A DNA stretch of 16,445 nt from Octopus sinensis (lineage: Eukaryota): assembly GCF_006345805.1 (NCBI RefSeq), contig NW_021825150.1, forward strand, positions 1 through 16,445, read 5' to 3'. The notes below the pieces were generated by a model, which had not been told where the DNA came from, searched no databases, and saw only the letters and a program-made list of their open reading frames with translations. Positions 10,487-16,445 of this stretch are shown in pieces. Positions within the stretch are counted from its first letter, which is position 1. Each line of letters starts with the position of its first letter. The position numbers and the translations under genes are program-made.

Positions 10487-10638
10487 ATATTTTAGATTGG
10501 AAGTCCACCTGAAGATTGTCGATCAGGACAAGAAACAATTGTAGTGGCGGTTTTTTTGACTTTTTATTAAAATTTTATGTATTGATTAAGTCTTTCCTTG
10601 TTTGTTTTGCAAAATAGTGGTTTTGTCTCTAATAATAT
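10487..10638 (+). repeat. Right arm of inverted repeat
   Basis: Reverse complement of 8080-8232. Confidence 0.95.
10505..10547 (+). ncRNA. Minimal type-I hammerhead ribozyme motif (plus strand); predicted cleavage 3' of A10543 (GUA)
   Basis: Stem I CCAC/GTGG, core CTGAAGA (10509-10515), stem II TTGTC/GACAA, GAAA, palindromic stem III ACAATTGT. Confidence 0.82.
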
Positions 10639-10720
10639 ATATATATATACTATATATATATATAATATATATATATATGTACATATTTATATATGTATAT
10701 AATTATATACATATATATAT
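10639..10720. repeat. (TA)n microsatellite
   Basis: Directly visible. Confidence 0.95.
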
Positions 10721-11251
10721 CCGGTTTTCGTAGGGCAGAGACGGTTGCTTTTCTCTGTGATAAAAAAACAAAAAGGTTTGCATAAATCAACGAAATAATC
10801 GGCGAAAACTGATAAAAAAACGTAGAACTTGCTATCTCATAGCGGTCTGCTAGTATATATTAGTTAAAAACCGTAATATATTTCACTTGAAGACAAATAT
10901 AATACACTAAAGTTATCTACGCACGCAAGATTTCCCGTCGAAAAAAGTACGAGATGACATCTCTTAAGTTTATTCCCAATCGACTGTAACAAGCAAAAAG
11001 AACCGTTTTTCTTTTCTTTTTTGAAAGAAAGCCTCTTCGTATAGGGAGACGATTTTGGGACTTCTACCTCTTATAAGATAAGTACCCCTTTGCATTAATT
11101 TCCCGTAATTCAATGTAAGGACCTATTCTCTATTTACATTCTGTTAATAATCTTTCAATTTCTGTTTCAGCTCCGTTTCTGTCAACTTCTCAACACATCT
11201 CTTTAAAATTATTCAATTTTAGATAGACATATATTTATTTGTTGCTTTATT

Positions 11252-11294
<43 letters not shown>

Positions 11295-11299
11295 TACTC

Positions 11300-11945
11300 A
11301 GCCCCTCAATCTCCCTAAATATATAGATGCGAACATTAGAAGTATAGTCGCAATTAGTTTAGAAGAAAACGTTTGTAGCTACGGACAGATATATATTTAT
11401 AATTTACATTATGTTAATAATCTTTCAATTTCAGTTTCAGCTTTGTAACCTCCTCTCTTTATTTTCTTTCTCTCTCTGTCTCTTCACTTCTCTCAGCCGC
11501 TCAATCTTCCTAAATTTATAGACTCTCACTTTCTTCTTATCTTCTCTCAGCCACTCAATCTTTTGCATCACTTCCTCTCTTTCATCTCTTTCTTTATCAC
11601 ACCATCTTTCTTCTCTCAGCCTCTCAATATTCCTAAATATATAGACTCTCTCTCACTCTCTTCTTATCTTCTCTCAGCCGCTAAATCTTTTGCACAACCT
11701 CCTCTCTTTCATTTCTTTCTCTCTCTGTCTCTTCACTTCTCTCCCTCACGCCTCTTTCCTTGTCTCTTCACTTCTCCACTTCTCTCTGTCACACCATCTT
11801 TCCTCTCTAAGCCTCTCAATTTTTCTAAATATATAGACGCGAACTTTTTCCTCTCACTCTCTCTTACTCTTTTATCTTCTCTCAGCTCTCAATCTCTCTA
11901 AATACATAGACACTTTCTTTCTCTATTTCTTCTCTATCCTCTATC
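11300..11945. repeat. Degenerate pyrimidine-rich tandem repeats (motif TTCTCTCAGCC.CTCAAT..TCCTAAATATATAGAC) in the putative LINE 5' UTR
   Basis: The motif recurs about 7 times. TTTACATT.TGTTAATAATCTTTCAATTTC.GTTTCAGCT is also duplicated near 11135 and 11403. Confidence 0.8.
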
Positions 11946-11999
11946 GCACAATTAAATTTTAAATATAATTAGATAGATAAATAAATAAAATATCCAAAA

Positions 12000-12840
12000 A
12001 AATCTAGAACCTGGAGGAGTAACGAATTGGCATTGTTCCTGAGAGCCTGGCGATGCACCGACAGAGATAATCCGAACAACATAATTACAGCTGCGCTGAA
12101 GAGCAGTGGATATACAAGGACGATAGCACAGATAGAGCGAAAGAAGCAGGAGTTTATACGCTCCGATGCACTCATATGATCTCACATCAGCACGCTTGAT
12201 GCCATCTTTGACAACAAACAAAGTAAAGATGGCAAGGATGGAGGCACGGGTGCTGATGAAAGATGTCACCCCCACTTGGTAGACACCCAGGACAACAACA
12301 AAGAAGACTCGAGTGAGAAACCTGCCCGGGAAGTAAACCCAAGTGCAAGTGCCCCTACCAGCACCTAAAGCCAAAACCATGGAGATGAAAGAGCCAAAAA
12401 AAGAAGTAAAAGAAGTAAAAGAAGAAAAAACTAAAAGAAAAACAAAATATGAAACAGCCAAAGAAGGAAAAACTCAAACTCAAACAAAATCAAAAGATGA
12501 AACAGCCAAGGATAGAAGCAAAACTGACTATCCATGTACCAAAAAGGATAGAAAGAGACAGCGCACACGAATGTGTAAATTCTACCTGAAAAGTGTCTGC
12601 TGGCATGGAGAAGAAGGTGCAGTCTGCCGTTTTACACACCATAGACCTTGCCACATAAACATGAAACAGGGCAGAAACGAACTATCAAAAGGAAAAGGAA
12701 TGGACCACGCACCACCTGCCCCAAAACGGAGGTACGCAGATGTGGTGCGTGCTACAAACCACCATGTTATTGAAAGGGCAGCTGCTGAACTAGAATCTTT
12801 TTTGTGCATGGCACAAAAGATTGTACAGCAGCTAACCTGA
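12000..12840 (+). pseudogene. LINE ORF1 (copy 2): Myb/SANT-like domain + CCCH finger; TGA at 12177 and a frameshift near 12340
   Basis: The frame starting at 12000 reads KSRTWRSNELALFLRAWRCTDRDNPNNIITAALKSSGYTRTIAQIERKKQEFIRSDALI*SHISTLD (missed by the ORF track). ORF 12343 supplies CKFYLKSVCWHGEEGAVCRFTH. Confidence 0.8.
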
Positions 12841-14490
12841 CTCCATCAAACTCAAACTCGCAGATGGGACTATCCACAATACACAAGACCGCCACAGCAA
12901 ATAGACCCAAGGTAAACACCACCGGCAACAGCATACACATCACCTCGATGCTCCTACTGAACATCAGAGGACTGCTAACACTCATTAACAGGACAAAAAC
13001 ACCGTTCTTGAGAGACTTTGTTGCATGCAATCGAGCCTTATGCATAGCACTTACAGAAACACACCTGAAACCGGACATAGCAGATGCAGAAATACACATA
13101 CCACAGAATGTTGTACTACGGACCGACAGAAAAGGAGTCATGGAGGAGTTGCTATGTACATCTGCGAGGACCTCACACCCAAGTCCTTTTGTCATACTCA
13201 AATTCGGTGTGTGACACACTAATTGTACATATAAGGCAACTTGGTGTAGTTGTGTGTACTACATATCGCCCTCCAGATGCCCCAAGCCATGTAGAAGAAG
13301 TTCTAGTCACATTAGAACAACACATAAGTGTACTTCTTATGGGAGACTTCAATCTACCCAATGTCAGATGGCCTGAGGGCCTTTCTCTCCCATGAATGAC
13401 ATGATGTGAATGAGGATAGGCGAGGTTCCTCCTGAACCTCAACACTATACCTGGAGCAAGTAATACTCCAACCAACCAAGGCAGGTAACATACTGGATCC
13501 CTGCTTCATAAATAATATGGATCTCATCCATAATGTGAGAGTGACACCGACACTACTCTCGGATCACAACATGGTAGAGCTGACCGTGTACGGGCCAAAG
13601 GAAAGCATGGACATGCAGCCTACAAGAAACTCTCAGAATCTTTCCAGCTTGAACTTCCATAAAACAAACTGGAAACAAATTGAGAAAGAGATCCTCAAAC
13701 AAAACTGGCCTGAATGTCTCTCCTCGCCAGACATCGACATGAAACTTCAACAATTCATGTCTGTAATGCAAGCCATATGCTACAAATGTGTCCCAGAGAG
13801 AAAGGCCACTGTACACAAGAACAAAATCCCCAGAGAGAGGAAAATTCTAATGAGACGGCGTACAAAAGATTCAAATCGCCTAAACAAATTGAAAGCAGTG
13901 AAAAGTCCCGCCTGAAAATAAAACTGTTGGAAATTTGAAAAATGTTTGCAACTCTCCCATGAAAAAGAAAGAACAGACAAAGAAGCCTGGGCCATAGACA
14001 ACATAAAATCTAACCCCAGAGCTTTCTACAGGTATGCCAAAGAAACAGCTACGGTGCACTGTAGGATAGGGACACTCCTTGAAAAAGATGGCACACTCAC
14101 AGGAAATCCAACGAGGATAAGTGAAATACTAAATGAGCAATTCAAGAGTATTTTCACTCCACCCCTAGGGCATTTTCAAGTCAGCAATCCAACTGACATC
14201 TTTACCACTGCAGATATAAAATCAGAGGCAGCGATGATTGATTACATCGATATAAAGGAAGACGATGTACTAAAGGCTATAGATTAAATGAAAACAAACT
14301 CAGCTACTGGCCCCGATGGATTCCCAGCAATCCTTCTAAAAGTATGTAAGAGAGTCCTAGCAAGACCACTTCAGTTCCTCTCTCAGAGCTTCCTTGCAAC
14401 TGGCAAACTTCGAAGTAAACTGAAGGAGGGAAAAATATGACCTATTCATAAATGAGGTAGCAGAGCGGAGGCCAAGAACTACAGACCATA
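12804..14490 (+). pseudogene. LINE ORF2 5' part (APE endonuclease, linker, pre-RT), multiply frameshifted
   Basis: ORFs 12804, 13025, 13084, 13517 and 13946 carry successive APE/linker motifs. Confidence 0.9.
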
Positions 14491-15217
14491 TGTGGTAGAT
14501 CGAACTGTGCAACATGTCCTAACCTATTGGAAGGATCAGAATTCTTCTTTAAAGAGGGACAGAAATTTAAGATCAAATCTAACTTTACTTGTGCCTCTGA
14601 AAACATAGTTTATGTTATTAAATGCTCGGGCTGCCACCAAGACTACGTGGGTTCCACGGGACTATCACTCAGGCGCAGATGCACACTGCATCGACAACAG
14701 ATTGCATTCCCAGAATATAGAATGATACCTTTTAGTGAGCACAGTGAGAAATGCGCAAAGCAACTACTGCCACAATTTTTAATCTTCCCATTTTACCAAT
14801 GTGCTTTCGGATCATCAACACAAATGAGACTGAACAAGGAAACATTCTTCATTGAAAAGTACAAACCAGACTCAACATCCGAACATACTGACACAGAGAA
14901 ATTACCAAGGAAAAGGGAAAAAAAATTTTTTAAGCGATTATCTCCCTACACCGGAAAAAATCACTCACTACCTCCCCTTATTTAGAAATCTCCTGGAAAT
15001 AAAAACAACGATAATTCCATGCAATATAAACATAACGTCACAAGAAATTTGAAAAGCTACACGCGAAACCGGTAATTTCTTTAAAAATTTTAAATTATGT
15101 CATTTTAAGGAAAGAGAAAAAAAATTTTTCCAATATTCTCCAGACATTTTGACACAAATATATATATATTTTAACATTTAAGCCTTCTGTTGTTTTTTCA
15201 CACTTTACTATTTTCTT
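14491..15217 (+). mobile_element. Penelope-like element 3' fragment (Cys-rich linker + GIY-YIG endonuclease + 3' non-coding region)
   Basis: CGRSNCATC...FTCASENIVYVIKCSGCHQDYVGSTGLSLRRRCTLHRQQI...RLNKETFFIEKYKP. Restoring one nucleotide near 14870 gives KPDLNIRTY* (stop 14889-14891), a typical PLE EN end. Confidence 0.88.
15042..15081 (+). ncRNA. Minimal type-I hammerhead motif with U3-A8 variant core
   Basis: AAGAAAT UUGAAAA GC uacac GC GAAA CCGG UA AUUUCUU: perfect 7-bp stem I, 2-bp stem II, palindromic stem III ACCGGT. Confidence 0.65.
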
Positions 15218-15218
15218 A

Positions 15219-15255
<37 letters not shown>

Positions 15256-15304
15256 GTATATATATGTATATATATATATGTATATATATATACATACGTG
15301 TATG
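15217..15304. repeat. (TA)n microsatellite
   Basis: Directly visible. Confidence 0.95.
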
Positions 15305-16445
15305 TATTTATTTATTTTATTTTATCTAGTTTCAGCTCACATGCTGTGGCCATACTGGGGCACCGCCATTTGGTGTTGCTACATGATTTTACTTCACGAA
15401 TGCTTTTTGGCAATTGTCATTTGGTGCATAAGACTTCGATGCAGCTGCCCTTATCTGCACCTCCTGCCGTGAAGTTGGTTCATTTGAGATACCTGACAAG
15501 AAGAGATCCAGTTTCATTTTAAAGACATCTGCATCCACCCCATGCAGGTCTCCTAGGTTCTTCGGAAGGATATTGAAGAGCTGTGGGCCTCTGAAGCCCA
15601 GGCTATCACAGTATCTTCTCCTACATCTTGATGGCAGATTTGGAGTCCTTTGCACTATGCACTGGCACCCAGTTCTTGCATTTGTGTAACTCTCGATGCC
15701 AAAGTTTGGGGCAAGTCCTTCTAGGATCTTCCAGATGTATATTATGGCATATCTTTCTCGTCTATGCTTTAAGCAATAGAGTCTTAATCTCTTGAGTCTT
15801 TCCCAGTAGCTTATATGCTGCACAGAGGCTATCTTCTTCGTGTAGCTTCGTTGGATCGCCTCAAGTTCTGTGATTAACTTGACACTGGATGGTGACCATA
15901 ACTGAGAGCAATAGTCAAAGTGGTTTAGGACAAGTGTGCTCCATAGGACCATCATGGTTTTCTGGTCTCTTATTCTAAAGGTTCTAAGAATCCATCCGGT
16001 CAGCCGCCTACATTTCATTGCCAATTTAGCAACATTTACATGAAAGGTTGCATCATCACTCATGTAAATACCCAGGTCTCGCACTGATTGTGCCTCTGGG
16101 ATTGCAATCCCTCCAGGTCCAGTGTATTTATTGGGTATTGCATTTAGTTTTGCATGCTGATAGCATAAAGCTTGAAACTTTTCAGCATTGAACTGCATGC
16201 TATTCTTTTCAGCCCTCTTGTATATTTTGTCCAGCTCATGTTGCAGTTGTTTAGTGTCTTCAGGGTTCTGTATTGCCTGTGAAACTTTTGTATCATCTGC
16301 ATAACTTGTGATCGTGTATCGCTGCATGGCTGAGGGCATGTCTGATAGGGCCATTATGAACAGTAGTGGTCCCAAAACAGTGCCTTGCGGAACACTGCTC
16401 ACTATTTGCGTGTTAATAGAAGTGGCCCCATTGGCTACCACCACC
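15305..16445 (-). mobile_element. CR1/L2/Jockey-group LINE 3' end (RT C-terminal half, 3' UTR, (TAAA/TAAAA)n tail); continues off the right edge
   Basis: ORF 15389-16444 contains VPQGTVLGPLLF, YADDTK, QFNAEKF, VRDLG, DYCSQLWSP and LEAIQR. The 3' UTR reads GGCGGTGCCCCAGTATGGCCACAGCATGTGAGCTGAAACTAG-ATAAAATAAAATAAATAAAT. Confidence 0.93.

Larger units (their letters stand above)
7999..10638. mobile_element. Non-coding element with 153-bp inverted repeats carrying hammerhead motifs (Penelope-like pLTR-derived, non-autonomous; polarity undetermined)
   Basis: 8080-8232 is the reverse complement of 10487-10638, the only difference seen being an A8 vs T7 homopolymer. Both ends abut TA tracts, the interior is G-poor with internal direct repeats, and there is no credible ORF. 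Confidence 0.7.
10721..14490 (+). mobile_element. CR1/L2/Jockey-group LINE, copy 2 (putative 5' UTR, ORF1, APE endonuclease and start of RT), cut at 14490
   Basis: 5' block homologous to 901-1220, ORF1 homologous to 2506-3313, and ORF2 motifs LNIRG, LTETHL, GGV, YRPP, GDFN, GNILD, SDHN, then GPDGFP and KNYRP. Confidence 0.88.

Noticed and set aside
14461-14985. In-frame RT::GIY-YIG fusion protein
   Set aside because: The LINE frame (codon starts at 14471) and the PLE frame (14491) differ, and the LINE part has upstream stops.
10721-16445. Twin-priming inversion explaining the opposed LINE halves
   Set aside because: The plus-strand 5' half lies beyond the 3' tail of the minus-strand half, with a PLE and a TA tract between them; this is the wrong geometry.

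Overview
AT-rich eukaryotic (invertebrate-like; mollusc/cephalopod is only an inference) repeat graveyard with no recognisable host gene. It is a mosaic of decayed retroelements, most of whose ends abut (TA)n-type microsatellites. (i) Four pieces of a CR1/L2/Jockey-group LINE lineage: 1-251 (-), 901-3313 (+), 10721-14490 (+) and 15305-16445 (-). Its ORF1 carries a Myb/SANT(trihelix)-like domain plus a CCCH finger. (ii) A 5'-truncated RTE-clade LINE at 4898-7800 (-) with three C-terminal C2H2-like fingers. (iii) A Penelope-like GIY-YIG fragment at 14491-15217. (iv) A non-coding 2.6-kb element at 7999-10638 bounded by near-perfect 153-bp inverted repeats. The most notable signal is invisible in the ORF track: four minimal type-I hammerhead-ribozyme motifs from three unrelated sequence contexts. 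Two have a canonical core and sit in the inverted repeats, one has a compensatory U3-A8 core just downstream of the GIY-YIG ORF, and one is degenerate (611-655). An 18 x 42-bp minisatellite lies inside the putative LINE 5' UTR.
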